A DNA stretch of 55,189 nucleotides, taken from IMG/VR virus record IMGVR_UViG_3300036859_000189, positions 1-55,189 of that record; one strand, 5' to 3'. Below are positions 31,099 through 41,302 of this stretch, in pieces. The notes under the pieces are model-generated. The model saw only the letters and a list, made by a program, of their open reading frames with translations. It was not told where the DNA came from and searched no databases. The DNA comes from a virus. Taxonomy: Duplodnaviria; Caudoviricetes. The position numbers and the translations under genes are program-made. Numbering within the stretch: the stretch's first letter is position 1; each line of letters begins with the position of its first letter.

Positions 31099-32009
31099 AG
31101 ATATTATTTCTTGGAAACTTCCTCAGCCCGTCTTGGGACGGTAGTATTCCAGACGAGGAGCATATTGCTTCTGCGTTGGAGCAGTTAGGACATAACGTCC
31201 GGAGATGGCAACGTGATGGAGTGGTCCCTGCCCCAGCCGAGATAGAGTTTAGCCCTGATTTCATTCTTATTGCTCAATGGGATGGCTATGGTGATATGCA
31301 GATTGGTATCGTCAAAGAGTTCAGAAAACCCGTCATCTACTGGGCCTTCGATCACCAAGCCGACGGCCAGGATTGGCATGAGCGGCTGATCGAGGCATCT
31401 GATCTCTATCTGAGCAAGCGCATCGCTGATAGCAAATACCCGAACTGGCAATGGCTGTCGCAGGACTTTGCCCCAGAATTTCTCGATAAGTATCCTGAGC
31501 GTATCGAGAAAGATATCGATGTCTTGTTCACGGGCACATATCTGCCTTGGGCAACTGATCGCAACAAGATTCTAAAAGCGGTGGACGAGAAGTTTAACTT
31601 GACCATCCACTCCGTAAATCCTGACGAGTGGAAAGTCCAAGGATTCAAGAACGTCCACGGACCGGTTATGGACGATGCGTTACCCGCGCTGGTAGCCCGT
31701 GCGCGGATTAATCTTTCTATTGACCATACGCTAGAAGCGGGTTACTGGTCTGACCGCAACGCTCAGATTATGGCTTGTGGCGGGCTCGTAATGTTTAAGT
31801 ATGTCCCGTTATCCAAGAGCATCTTCAAAGATCATATTGTTTACTTCAAAGACGTTGAGGATTGTTTGTGGCGGTTGGGACAATTACTCGAACGTCCGCA
31901 AGAAGATTTAGACTCAGTTGCCGAAGGGGGATACAGATATGCGCACGAGTACATGATGGTTGGGGATAGAGTGAAAGATTTGTTAACGATTGTGGATGAC
32001 TACTTATGA
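31095..32009 (+). CDS. CgeB-like GT-B glycosyltransferase
   Basis: DVLFTG, INLSI, YWSDR..IMACGG. Confidence 0.75.
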   Translation: MKILFLGNFLSPSWDGSIPDEEHIASALEQLGHNVRRWQRDGVVPAPAEIEFSPDFILIAQWDGYGDMQIGIVKEFRKPVIYWAFDHQADGQDWHERLIEASDLYLSKRIADSKYPNWQWLSQDFAPEFLDKYPERIEKDIDVLFTGTYLPWATDRNKILKAVDEKFNLTIHSVNPDEWKVQGFKNVHGPVMDDALPALVARARINLSIDHTLEAGYWSDRNAQIMACGGLVMFKYVPLSKSIFKDHIVYFKDVEDCLWRLGQLLERPQEDLDSVAEGGYRYAHEYMMVGDRVKDLLTIVDDYL

Positions 32010-32986
32010 AGATAGCTCTATTCGATCCGTACGGCGGCAAATTCACCGACGGTATGCAGAAGTGGTGGCGGGAGCATGGCTACGAAGTCGAGTACCAGCG
32101 ATACTACAACCCTCAGATCGCTGAACAAGCGGATGTCCTATGGTTCGAAACCACCGATAATAATATCGCTTCAGCCACCAACCCAGGCCAAGCGATCTTG
32201 GCGGATGACGCAAACTACAAACCCTGGGATTTGCACGATATGGATATGTCGAATAAGAAGGTGATTGTCCGTGCTATCGACATCGAAGTCTGGCAAGGGC
32301 ATTTCGCGGCTGCTCACTGGGACTTAGTGGACGATCTTATCTTCATAGCCCCGCATGTCAGGACATTAGTTGACCCTGATGCTTTGCCGTTGGTTACAGA
32401 AAAACTAAAGCTTCACACGATTCCTTGCGCTGTCGATCTAGACAAGTGGACGTTCAAAGAACGCGGCCCAGGCTTCGACATAGCCGTGATTTCCGAAAAG
32501 TGGACATCGAAGGGGACCGATCTTATCCTCCAAATTGCTCTCAAACTTAAACAATTTGACGAACGCTATAAGATCCACTGGCTAGGCCAACGGAGTGATT
32601 ACCCCTGGGAGTATGCATACTTCGATGAATTTGTGGAGCATCACAACTTAAACATCGAATTTACGAATATCTTGAATGACGGATCGACGGTTGACGACTT
32701 TCTGGAGGGAAAAAACTTTCTACTCCACGCGTCGCATAAAGAAGGCTTTTCTTACGCTACGGCTGAAGCGATGGCAAAAGGAATCAAACCAGTTATTCAC
32801 CGTTTCTTCGGGGCTGATGATTTGTGGGGGAGCCTGACGTGGAGTTCTATCGACGAAGCAATCGAGAAGATTGTGATCGGAGAGTACGACTCCCACAGCT
32901 ACCGGCAGTTTTTAATCAATCACGGCTATGTAATTCCTGACATGATGGAAGCGATAGATAAAGTAATAAAAGGAGAGTCAAGATGA
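32006..32986 (+). CDS. GT4-like glycosyltransferase
   Basis: KGTD, SHKEGFSYATAEAMAKG. Confidence 0.8.
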   Translation: MKIALFDPYGGKFTDGMQKWWREHGYEVEYQRYYNPQIAEQADVLWFETTDNNIASATNPGQAILADDANYKPWDLHDMDMSNKKVIVRAIDIEVWQGHFAAAHWDLVDDLIFIAPHVRTLVDPDALPLVTEKLKLHTIPCAVDLDKWTFKERGPGFDIAVISEKWTSKGTDLILQIALKLKQFDERYKIHWLGQRSDYPWEYAYFDEFVEHHNLNIEFTNILNDGSTVDDFLEGKNFLLHASHKEGFSYATAEAMAKGIKPVIHRFFGADDLWGSLTWSSIDEAIEKIVIGEYDSHSYRQFLINHGYVIPDMMEAIDKVIKGESR

Positions 32987-33321
32987 CCAGAGAAGAAGCA
33001 CATAAGTTAGTTGACGAATTATTCGATTCTAAAGAAAAGCAGCCTGCCTTAACAGCGGAAGACATAGTTACTCCAGCATCAGCAGCCAACGAGCCAGACC
33101 CAAAACCCGAGCCATCAAAAGACAAGCGCGCGGTCCGTACTAAGTCAAGCGGCGACAGGGTTTACTTACTTGACGAGACGAAGAAAACCCGTCAGTGGGT
33201 CACGAATCCGACGGTTCTAAAAAATCTTGGCTTTGAGCTGCCCGATGTCAAAGAGATAGACGATGCCGAGATGCTGAAGTATCAAATGGCACCTGCCCTC
33301 TACCGAGTAGAAAATGGATAG
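32983..33321 (+). CDS. Hypothetical protein
   Basis: AAGGAG RBS, coupled. Confidence 0.65.
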   Translation: MTREEAHKLVDELFDSKEKQPALTAEDIVTPASAANEPDPKPEPSKDKRAVRTKSSGDRVYLLDETKKTRQWVTNPTVLKNLGFELPDVKEIDDAEMLKYQMAPALYRVENG

Positions 33322-34267
33322 ACCGAAACTCAATACATTCATAATTCCGATCCTGCGTACTGATCTGATCGAGCGGTGCTTGGAGACGCTTTACCGGTAC
33401 ACGGAACCGAACTTCTACGTGTTTGTTATCGATCAGTCGATTGAGGGTCTGGACCCAGAACTCAGGGACAAGTACAAGAATCTGATGGTCATCCGAACAC
33501 CGAAAAGTGATCTCCACTACACGGGGAACCTCGGCCATAGCCAGGCCACGAACTTAGGAGTTCAACTCGCACAGACGCCCTACGTGACGTTCCTGAATGA
33601 TGACGTTGAGTTTGTCTCGAAGAAATGGTGGCAAGGTGTCCTCGATACGTTCGAGAAGGTAGAGACAGCCACACCTACTCGGCCGGCGTTACTCATCAAT
33701 GTAGGCTCGATAAAGCTTCCTGATTGGTCTGTTGGGAAACCGAAGGGGGAGGACCACTACATCCTGCCTTACAAGGACGAATACACAGATGCGGACTGGG
33801 ATTTTTTGGTCAACGAAGAACATTACGTTAACGAACATCTGACAATTCAACCAGGTTCTATTATTGATGGTATCAATCTCTACTGTTCGGTTGTCGACAC
33901 TAAACGTCTGCTGGAAGTTGGACTGATTGATGAGTTCTGGTATCCGGGCAACTTCAATGATTATGACCTCTGTTGTCGAGCCAGTATGTTCGGCTATCGC
34001 TGCGTTGGGACGACTCTATCCTGGGTTTTTCATCATTGGAGCCAGACCTTTGAAAGCGCAGATCAGGTCAGTCTATTGGTTCAAGACGAACTGAAGCACT
34101 TCAACGAACGAGAGAAGTGGGGAGATCGTTTCGAACTCTGGGGCGTGCGCTGCTCGAAGGAAGGTTGTGACGAGATCATGCACACCAAAGACGGCGTGAA
34201 GGCAACTTGCCCAAAGCATCCTGAAGAAGTCTACGCTATGCCAGAGAATACGATCGAACCGCTCTAG
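33314..34267 (+). CDS. GT2 glycosyltransferase
   Basis: FIIP, VIDQS, NLGV, FLNDD, NDYDL, VFH. Confidence 0.82.
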   Translation: MDRPKLNTFIIPILRTDLIERCLETLYRYTEPNFYVFVIDQSIEGLDPELRDKYKNLMVIRTPKSDLHYTGNLGHSQATNLGVQLAQTPYVTFLNDDVEFVSKKWWQGVLDTFEKVETATPTRPALLINVGSIKLPDWSVGKPKGEDHYILPYKDEYTDADWDFLVNEEHYVNEHLTIQPGSIIDGINLYCSVVDTKRLLEVGLIDEFWYPGNFNDYDLCCRASMFGYRCVGTTLSWVFHHWSQTFESADQVSLLVQDELKHFNEREKWGDRFELWGVRCSKEGCDEIMHTKDGVKATCPKHPEEVYAMPENTIEPL

Positions 34268-34306
34268 ACCCTACCCCGAGGCCAGTGTCTTTGCCATGCT
34301 GAAAGT

Positions 34307-36109
34307 ATGGCACGCCTGCGCTCTAAGGGTTTTGAGTTTAACTCCGCTACGGCGGGGATGGAGTGGTCAGACGTTGTTAATGCGCCGACCATTGTTACTT
34401 CTCCCGTCCGCTCGGGGACTTACGCTGGTTCGATCCCGAGTTTGACCAGTGGCGTAGAGAAGTTCTTTGAGGATGTTTTTGCCACCTCCGATCAAGCTGG
34501 CGACCACTTTGTCCGGTACTACCTCTATATCACTACGCTACCGAATGTCACCACTACGATTTCGGCTTTTGTCAACACCGCTGGCGATCAAACGGGGTGG
34601 ATTGACCTCACAACCACCGGAGTCTTGGAACTGTTTGATGGAGTTGGTAATTCTGTTGGCACGTCATCTGCCCTCAACACCGGGCAATGGTACAGGATCG
34701 AGCACAAGCACGGCGCGACTACGACCATAGATGAGTTCAAGATCGACGGCACCGTGATCGCTACGACGGCCACGGGCGGTGGCGGGAGTATCGCCAGGTA
34801 CCGCTTGGGCGGCAACATCTTCACGCAGACCACTACTACGATCTCAATCCAGTTTGATGATTATGCCATTAACAACACGGCTGCTGGTGCGGGGCAGACC
34901 GGCTACCCCGGCGACGCTAAATTAGTCCTAGCCTTGCCTACTGGTGCTGGTGACAACGCTGCCACGACCGGTACGTTCAGCATGATTAATGAGATCCCGC
35001 CCTCCGATACTGCCACCACAGGCGTGACGATGATTGAGCTGGACACCAACACTTCTATCGGTGACTACGCGATGACCGATAGCTCAACTCTGGGCATTGC
35101 ATCTGGTGACACGATTCAGTTGGTGGACGTTTACGCTAGGGTGCGCGAGGAGACAGCAGGAACGTCAAACTATACGCTGCGGATCAAGTCCGCTTCTGGC
35201 GGCACGGTATCAGCTAGCACCAGTGTGGATGCCGGCGACGCTACCCCTCGGACAAACCCGAGCGGTACTACTGCCTTCGGAACACGGCTTGTATCGTACA
35301 CTGACCCGACGACTGCGGCGGCGTGGACGCCCACAGGGACCAATTCGATAGACAACATGCAGGTCGGAGCCGCTACTACTGATGGTACGCCTGATATATG
35401 GGTGTTGTGGCTCGGCGCTTACATTGAGTATGTCCCATCGGCTACCACAACCTCAACATCCTCTACGTCGTCAAGTATTAGTACAAGCTCTACGAGCTCT
35501 TCAATTTCGACTTCATCGACCAGCTCAAGCATCAGCACATCGTCAACTTCCAGCTCAACTTCTACCAGTAGCACTAGCTCATCACGGTCGACTTCTACGT
35601 CGAGTACGTCAAGCAGCGTCTCCACCTCATCGACGTCCAGTAGTCGATCCACGAGCACCAGTAGTACGTCTAGCTCTCGGTCGACATCGACCAGCTCAAC
35701 GTCATCATCGATTTCCACGTCTTCGACTAGCTCGTCAATAAGTACTTCGTCGACGAGCAGTTCAATTTCGACCAGCTCCACCAGTAGTAGCATCTCGACG
35801 TCTTCGACGTCTAGCTCGATAAGTATTTCGACGAGTAGCACATCTAGCTCCACGAGCCTATCGACGAGTTCGACAAGCTCGTCCGTGTCCACCTCCACAT
35901 CCTCTACGTCAAGCAGCACGAGTTTTAGTACATCGAGCACTTCGTCTTCGACATCAACGACTCAATCGTTCACGACCTCCACCAGCAGTACGAGTACTTC
36001 TTTTTCAACCAGCACGACGGCCTTAAATGTTATGGCCTTTCCTAGACCGCGCATTCGTCCTGAGGTGATGGGATTTAGAATTAAAAAACCAAGGATCGCA
36101 TTTCGATGA
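34307..36109 (+). CDS. Virion surface protein: beta-rich domain plus ~194-aa Ser/Thr tract and basic tail
   Basis: S/T tract at 35438-36019; preceded by the late motif variant. Confidence 0.75.
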   Translation: MARLRSKGFEFNSATAGMEWSDVVNAPTIVTSPVRSGTYAGSIPSLTSGVEKFFEDVFATSDQAGDHFVRYYLYITTLPNVTTTISAFVNTAGDQTGWIDLTTTGVLELFDGVGNSVGTSSALNTGQWYRIEHKHGATTTIDEFKIDGTVIATTATGGGGSIARYRLGGNIFTQTTTTISIQFDDYAINNTAAGAGQTGYPGDAKLVLALPTGAGDNAATTGTFSMINEIPPSDTATTGVTMIELDTNTSIGDYAMTDSSTLGIASGDTIQLVDVYARVREETAGTSNYTLRIKSASGGTVSASTSVDAGDATPRTNPSGTTAFGTRLVSYTDPTTAAAWTPTGTNSIDNMQVGAATTDGTPDIWVLWLGAYIEYVPSATTTSTSSTSSSISTSSTSSSISTSSTSSSISTSSTSSSTSTSSTSSSRSTSTSSTSSSVSTSSTSSSRSTSTSSTSSSRSTSTSSTSSSISTSSTSSSISTSSTSSSISTSSTSSSISTSSTSSSISISTSSTSSSTSLSTSSTSSSVSTSTSSTSSSTSFSTSSTSSSTSTTQSFTTSTSSTSTSFSTSTTALNVMAFPRPRIRPEVMGFRIKKPRIAFR

Positions 36110-36315
36110 AAGACATTAAACCCGTTAGCAAGCTGAAGAACCAACCACTGACCTCTAGCCCGCAAGCCGGGTATCCTTCGGCGATTATGGACGATACTGT
36201 TTACACGATGGACGACAGCCGAGTGCTCATGGGAGGGGAGGTCAGCACAGCCTCAAGTGTCAAGGGGCGTATCAAAACAGTGAAGCCCTCCAGCACCATC
36301 CGGCCGTATCGTTAA
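36106..36315 (+). CDS. Small hypothetical protein
   Basis: ATGA overlap, AAGGA RBS. Confidence 0.55.
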   Translation: MKDIKPVSKLKNQPLTSSPQAGYPSAIMDDTVYTMDDSRVLMGGEVSTASSVKGRIKTVKPSSTIRPYR

Positions 36316-36362
36316 CGCCCCAGACCCTTGTAGGGTCTCTTGGGTTGTCATTAGCTAAAGAT

Positions 36363-37019
36363 ATGGCATTCCCCGGGGCACTCCCAGCAGCAGGTACCGC
36401 ATCGTCAACGGATACTCTAGCCGCTGCCGGCCACACATCACTACACAATACTGATCGCGACGAGATACGAGCAATTGCTACAAAGGTCGGAACTGGCGCT
36501 TCAACCCCAGCAGCAGGTACCGTTATGCGCGGAACCGGTGTAGGTACATCCGCGTGGGGTGCCGTTAGCCTAACGACTGATGTGACTGGCACACTCCCCG
36601 TTGCAAGCGGGGGTACTGGGGTGACCTCAACAGCTGATCTCATCCAGCTCGTCCTACCTACAGCCTACCCCGTCGGCTCGATATATACGTCTGTTGTTTC
36701 AACCAATCCAGCAACACTTTTCGGGTTTGGTACATGGGTTGCTTTCGGTCAAGGCAGGGTACTTGTTGGCCTTAACTCAGGTGATACGGACTTTGACACG
36801 CCTGAGGAAACAGGTGGCGAAAAGACTCACACATTGACAGTGGCTGAAATGCCCGCGCATCAACATACTGGCGGCATTACTACTGGTGGGGCACTAGGCA
36901 TTAAGTCAGCTCCGGACGTCGGGACGACTCTTCAGGATACGGGCAGTGTGGGTGGTGGTGGGGCTCATAACAATGTCCAGCCTTACATTGTTGTTTATAT
37001 GTGGAAAAGGTCGGCGTAA
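36363..37019 (+). CDS. Short tail fibre/baseplate-tip protein
   Basis: YPVGSIY..NPATLFG.GTW, GGEKTHTLT.AEMPAH, HNNVQPYIVVYMWKR. Confidence 0.8.
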   Translation: MAFPGALPAAGTASSTDTLAAAGHTSLHNTDRDEIRAIATKVGTGASTPAAGTVMRGTGVGTSAWGAVSLTTDVTGTLPVASGGTGVTSTADLIQLVLPTAYPVGSIYTSVVSTNPATLFGFGTWVAFGQGRVLVGLNSGDTDFDTPEETGGEKTHTLTVAEMPAHQHTGGITTGGALGIKSAPDVGTTLQDTGSVGGGGAHNNVQPYIVVYMWKRSA

Positions 37020-38224
37020 TGATTATTCCTGTAATAAATCCCGAAACTATTGATCTGGAAAAGTCCTACTTGGCTGATCCAATTGCAGCAGGTACGACGT
37101 CCCTAACGGTTAAGAATAATAATCGCTTCGTCGCGAATGATCGGATCATGATCGGTGAGATGGGGCATGAGAAGACGGAGGTTGTCACGATTTCCTCCGT
37201 CTCTGGCGGAACGGTCGCGGCTGTCGGCTCGACGGTCTTTGAGCATGAGGCTGACGCTCCTGTGTACAAGCTTTTGTTTGACCAGGTTAAATATTACCGT
37301 GCGACCTCTCTAAACGGTTCCTACTCTGTTATCTCCACACAAGATATGGATGTCGACAACGCCAACTTAACCACGGTTTACGATGACACATCCGGTACAG
37401 TTAGCCACTTCTACAAGTTCACGTTTTATCACAGCGTGTCGGCTGTTGAGAGTTCGTTCTCTGATCCTATTGCTGGTGGGGGGTATCGCCGACGGCAGGT
37501 TGGAAATATCATCGACGAGGTACTCCAGGAGGTTTCTGACCCGAACGAAACACACGTCACCAGGAACGAAATGCTCGGATACTTTAATGATGTAAACGAC
37601 GATTTGACCATTAATGTTTCCAAGCCATATGACTTTCTTCGGACACGCACAGCTCTGACAAGAACCGCAAATACGATTACTCTGGATTTTCCAACGGATT
37701 CAGATGGAGATGAGACCATGTGGAAATTTGACCGCATGGATTATAACTTCACTGACACGACTCCTGATCCTGACACGGATACGATGAAGACCATTGACGT
37801 TATCCCGGAGGAGGAGTTCCGCAATCGCTATTCGGACATTGAGATAACGGCGACAAACGTGGACGATCGAATGCCAGACGCAATTTCTTTGGATACGGCA
37901 GTCAAAAAAATTCGCTACTGGCCTGCCTCAGAGAACACGATTGCTAACGCTTTCTATCTGTACTATTGGAAGTTCTTTACACGTATTGATTCTGAAGGGG
38001 ACGTGATCGAAACCCCGACCCCGAAAATTTACAAGCTCTACTCCAAGGGAATGTACTACCGGAAGCGTGGTGTAACCGAGCCAAGCTACAACCAGACTGC
38101 CGACAGGTATTTTGCTGACTATGGGATAGAGAAATCTAAATACACCGGGATCGACCGTCGAGATAAAGGGACACCCCGTAGTTTTAGACCAGAGACCCGA
38201 ACGATTAAATCTTTCAGGAGATAG
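37019..38224 (+). CDS. Probable head-tail adaptor/tail protein
   Basis: Position before the gp10-like gene; function is inference. Confidence 0.55.
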   Translation: MIIPVINPETIDLEKSYLADPIAAGTTSLTVKNNNRFVANDRIMIGEMGHEKTEVVTISSVSGGTVAAVGSTVFEHEADAPVYKLLFDQVKYYRATSLNGSYSVISTQDMDVDNANLTTVYDDTSGTVSHFYKFTFYHSVSAVESSFSDPIAGGGYRRRQVGNIIDEVLQEVSDPNETHVTRNEMLGYFNDVNDDLTINVSKPYDFLRTRTALTRTANTITLDFPTDSDGDETMWKFDRMDYNFTDTTPDPDTDTMKTIDVIPEEEFRNRYSDIEITATNVDDRMPDAISLDTAVKKIRYWPASENTIANAFYLYYWKFFTRIDSEGDVIETPTPKIYKLYSKGMYYRKRGVTEPSYNQTADRYFADYGIEKSKYTGIDRRDKGTPRSFRPETRTIKSFRR

Positions 38225-38226
38225 CC

Positions 38227-40209
38227 TTGCCACAGCAACGTCAGTATAACCAGCTTGATCTCTCTGGCGCGGTCCAGCGAGCCACCTCTCATTTGCTCCG
38301 CAAGGGGAATGAAGTTGTCGATTCCAGAAACGCGGCCTACAACATCCGCATAGGTTCGGCTGTTCGACGCCCTGGATATGAGAAGGTGGGCAGGACAATT
38401 GAGCATGGCAACGATTCTCTGGGGGCGACGGTTTATAAATACGATCAGAACAACAAGATCGTCGTTGGGATCAATAATTCTACAAACACAAACGCGACAC
38501 TTCGGTATCTAGACACCGCCGACTACTGGACGACGATTCTCTCCAACGCTGCGGCTAATACTCGCTTTCAGATGACGACTTTGGGTGGGCTGGATCAACT
38601 CTTTGTAGCTGGTAAATCAGACAATGAGGTTTACCTGCCATTAACAAACATCGATTCAACCCTCACGGCCTCTACAACGAGGAACGTTTACACAGCACCG
38701 AAAGCAGCTTTCATCGCGCCGTTTAATGGCGGGATGCTCGCTATGAATGTCGAGGTGAATGGAAAGAAGTACGGGGAGCGCATGTATCCCTCTTCTCCAG
38801 CTATAGGCCCAATTACCTTTGTTCAGACAGATCAGAAGGGGCTTTTGAAACAACTTCGTATCGATGCAACTACCTATTTGAAGGTAGGCATGAGCTTAGA
38901 CATCTACGGCGCTGGGACGGAAGCTAAGAAGGTTTCAGGCTTGACGATCGTTTCTGTGGACAAGAAGAACAAACGATTCTCATTCGCTGATGCCACAATC
39001 GATGTAGCCGATAACGATGAGATCTGGCTCTCCGGTACCAAAGGGAAACTCAATATTTTCTGGAACGTGGACGATCCAAACACCGAAGATGCGGAATACT
39101 TTGAGACCAAGAATGGCCGGCCGATTACTGGTTGGACGGGGAATAACAACCGTCTGCTCGTATTTACCGACAGTTCTTTTACCAAGCTGGACGGAGCGAA
39201 TGTCATTACTATTTCTGAAGAGATCGGCTGCGTGTCTCACGAGACGATCCAGAATATCGGCTCTTGGACGATCTGGCTACACACCTCGGGGGTCTGGGCG
39301 TACAACGACAACACAGGTGACCTGAAGCTTTTATCCAAGGCTATCGAGCCGTACGTCCGCTCGATTAACCAAGCGAACTTTCGCTTTGCCTCCGGTGGAG
39401 TGGTGGGACGTACTTATAAACTGGCCGTTGGTGAGCTGCTGCCGATCGAGAGTGTAACGACCTCAACATCGACTTCCTCAACTAGCACATCCTCTACAAG
39501 CAGCAGCACCAGCTCAACGTCGACCAGTAGTACGTCCACATCATCCACGTCCAGCTCGACAAGTTCAACGTCGACCAGCACGTCGCTTACGACTACGTCC
39601 ACGAGTTCGACAAGTTTTAGCACGTCATCCACGTCATTCAGCACCAGCTCAACTTCTACGTCGATGTCCACCTCGACCAGCTCAACAACTACGACCACCG
39701 CAATATCCACGAAAAAAGTAGTGAGATTTGTTTACGACTTCGATATGAATGCCTGGTGGTTAGAAGAGCACAAACGCGAGATCCGCTTCCAGTTCAACCA
39801 CACCATGCACGGATATACTAAGCCGTACTTCACCGATGACACTGGCCGATTGTTTAGAGACGAGACCGGCAACACCGACAACGGCGATTCAATCCCTGTC
39901 GAGATCGAGGTGGGTCGCGATAACTTCGGTAGCAACCTGAGAAAACAGTACAGCACGGTGATCTCAGACAGCGAGAACGCCCGGGGCGCGATCATTCAGT
40001 ATGCAACTGACGGCGGGCAGCACGTAACCCTAGGTCAGATTACTAGACCTGTACAAGTCTTTGACTATCCGCAGGGGAATCAGGCTATCGAAGGGCGTGA
40101 CATCAACTACAAGATCACACACAACGACAAAGGCGCACCTCCGTACTTTAACGGACTGGGAAGCTATTACTCCGTAACAGAAAGCATCCCAAACGCGGGT
40201 CAACAATGA
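38227..40209 (+). CDS. Podovirus tail hub/nozzle (P22 gp10-like) with an inserted ~83-aa Ser/Thr tract
   Basis: RRPGY near N-terminus, IGCVSHETI propeller-like segment; S/T tract at 39451-39699. Confidence 0.7.
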   Translation: MPQQRQYNQLDLSGAVQRATSHLLRKGNEVVDSRNAAYNIRIGSAVRRPGYEKVGRTIEHGNDSLGATVYKYDQNNKIVVGINNSTNTNATLRYLDTADYWTTILSNAAANTRFQMTTLGGLDQLFVAGKSDNEVYLPLTNIDSTLTASTTRNVYTAPKAAFIAPFNGGMLAMNVEVNGKKYGERMYPSSPAIGPITFVQTDQKGLLKQLRIDATTYLKVGMSLDIYGAGTEAKKVSGLTIVSVDKKNKRFSFADATIDVADNDEIWLSGTKGKLNIFWNVDDPNTEDAEYFETKNGRPITGWTGNNNRLLVFTDSSFTKLDGANVITISEEIGCVSHETIQNIGSWTIWLHTSGVWAYNDNTGDLKLLSKAIEPYVRSINQANFRFASGGVVGRTYKLAVGELLPIESVTTSTSTSSTSTSSTSSSTSSTSTSSTSTSSTSSSTSSTSTSTSLTTTSTSSTSFSTSSTSFSTSSTSTSMSTSTSSTTTTTAISTKKVVRFVYDFDMNAWWLEEHKREIRFQFNHTMHGYTKPYFTDDTGRLFRDETGNTDNGDSIPVEIEVGRDNFGSNLRKQYSTVISDSENARGAIIQYATDGGQHVTLGQITRPVQVFDYPQGNQAIEGRDINYKITHNDKGAPPYFNGLGSYYSVTESIPNAGQQ

Positions 40210-40466
40210 TGTCTGAAGATAAATACTCCTACGAGAAAGCAGGCTTCGACGCATTTCTCTCTCGATCAATAGACAACACGCCGCAGTTTAACCTTGACTC
40301 ACGCGGCCCGGTTTCAAGACAGGTAGCCTACGACCGAACACAAGTGACCGGAACACTTGGGGATACTTTGCAGATCGGTCAGGTACGCGTAAATAGGACC
40401 AACATCACGATGTCTGACGGTACTAATGAACGCTTACTGATTGGCGAGGACAAGGGTGGTTTCTAG
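40206..40466 (+). CDS. Tail-module protein
   Basis: Coupled; DGTNERLLIG. Confidence 0.6.
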   Translation: MMSEDKYSYEKAGFDAFLSRSIDNTPQFNLDSRGPVSRQVAYDRTQVTGTLGDTLQIGQVRVNRTNITMSDGTNERLLIGEDKGGF

Positions 40467-41302
40467 TGGCCGAAGATTTTGGGGTTAAAGTCTCCCAAGC
40501 CGGTAAGGAAGTCGTCGGGGCAGGAGATCAAGACTTACTGTTTAGTTCATCCTGGCCGAACCTGAAGATCGTTTTTAACGGTCGTATTCGCGCAACCACA
40601 CGCGAGGTTGTCGAGCCAGGCGTTAGCTCGGGGATTGTGATGAAGCACAACCTCAAATACGTTCCTTTTTTTATTCCATACAAGATTGTAAAGCCAGGCG
40701 ATGCCGGGTCTACCAGCAGCAAGGATGAGTACTCGATACGGATGGATTTTCCGATCTCAGCAGACAAAGACTATATTTACTTGTCAGCGTCGACTGGAGG
40801 AGCTGCCCGGGTTGCTTTCGACATCGGTTTAATCATTTTTGCTCTCGATATTGAGAAAAACTTCAAGGCTCCTAATATCGATGCGGGAACCTCTTCGGCT
40901 GCTGGCAAGAGCGACGATGTTGGTATCAAGTTCACTAAGGAAGGCAAAGATATATCGTCCAACGACCTGAGAGACTATCTGATTCACTCTCGTACTCGCA
41001 GCCCGATGGTACACGAGGTCTTCAACCAGCTCCCATCAGAATCAGGCAGTACATCCGTGCTCAAGGATTTTGTCTACACGCATGATCTGCCGTACAATCC
41101 AATGTTCTTCCTATTCGGGCAGGAGAGCAATAAGACGCTCGCTCCGAACAACGCCTATGCGTTCATAACCAGCCCGTTCCCGGTTGTTACCCAAGGGAGT
41201 ACGATCAGACTGCGAGACTGGAGCCTTAATAAAAGAGTCTCAATCGTCGTCTTAAAAGACCCGTTCATTGTGGACGACAACATCCAGAAGGTAGTCGTAT
41301 GA
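40466..41302 (+). CDS. Tail-module protein with internal duplication
   Basis: GVKVSQAGK..HNLKYVPFF repeated as GIKFTKEGK..HDLPYNPMF. Confidence 0.65.
   Translation: MAEDFGVKVSQAGKEVVGAGDQDLLFSSSWPNLKIVFNGRIRATTREVVEPGVSSGIVMKHNLKYVPFFIPYKIVKPGDAGSTSSKDEYSIRMDFPISADKDYIYLSASTGGAARVAFDIGLIIFALDIEKNFKAPNIDAGTSSAAGKSDDVGIKFTKEGKDISSNDLRDYLIHSRTRSPMVHEVFNQLPSESGSTSVLKDFVYTHDLPYNPMFFLFGQESNKTLAPNNAYAFITSPFPVVTQGSTIRLRDWSLNKRVSIVVLKDPFIVDDNIQKVVV

Noticed and set aside
21075-34267. O-antigen/capsule conversion locus or DNA hypermodification cluster
   Set aside because: No flippase, polymerase or GtrAB-like membrane proteins and no base-hydroxymethylase or polymerase. Location among virion genes favours protein glycosylation, though the alternatives are not formally excluded.
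35419-35940. V/E/L/D-rich antisense ORFs (also 20413-20859, 39414-39710)
   Set aside because: Reverse complement of Ser/Thr codons, with no RBS or context.
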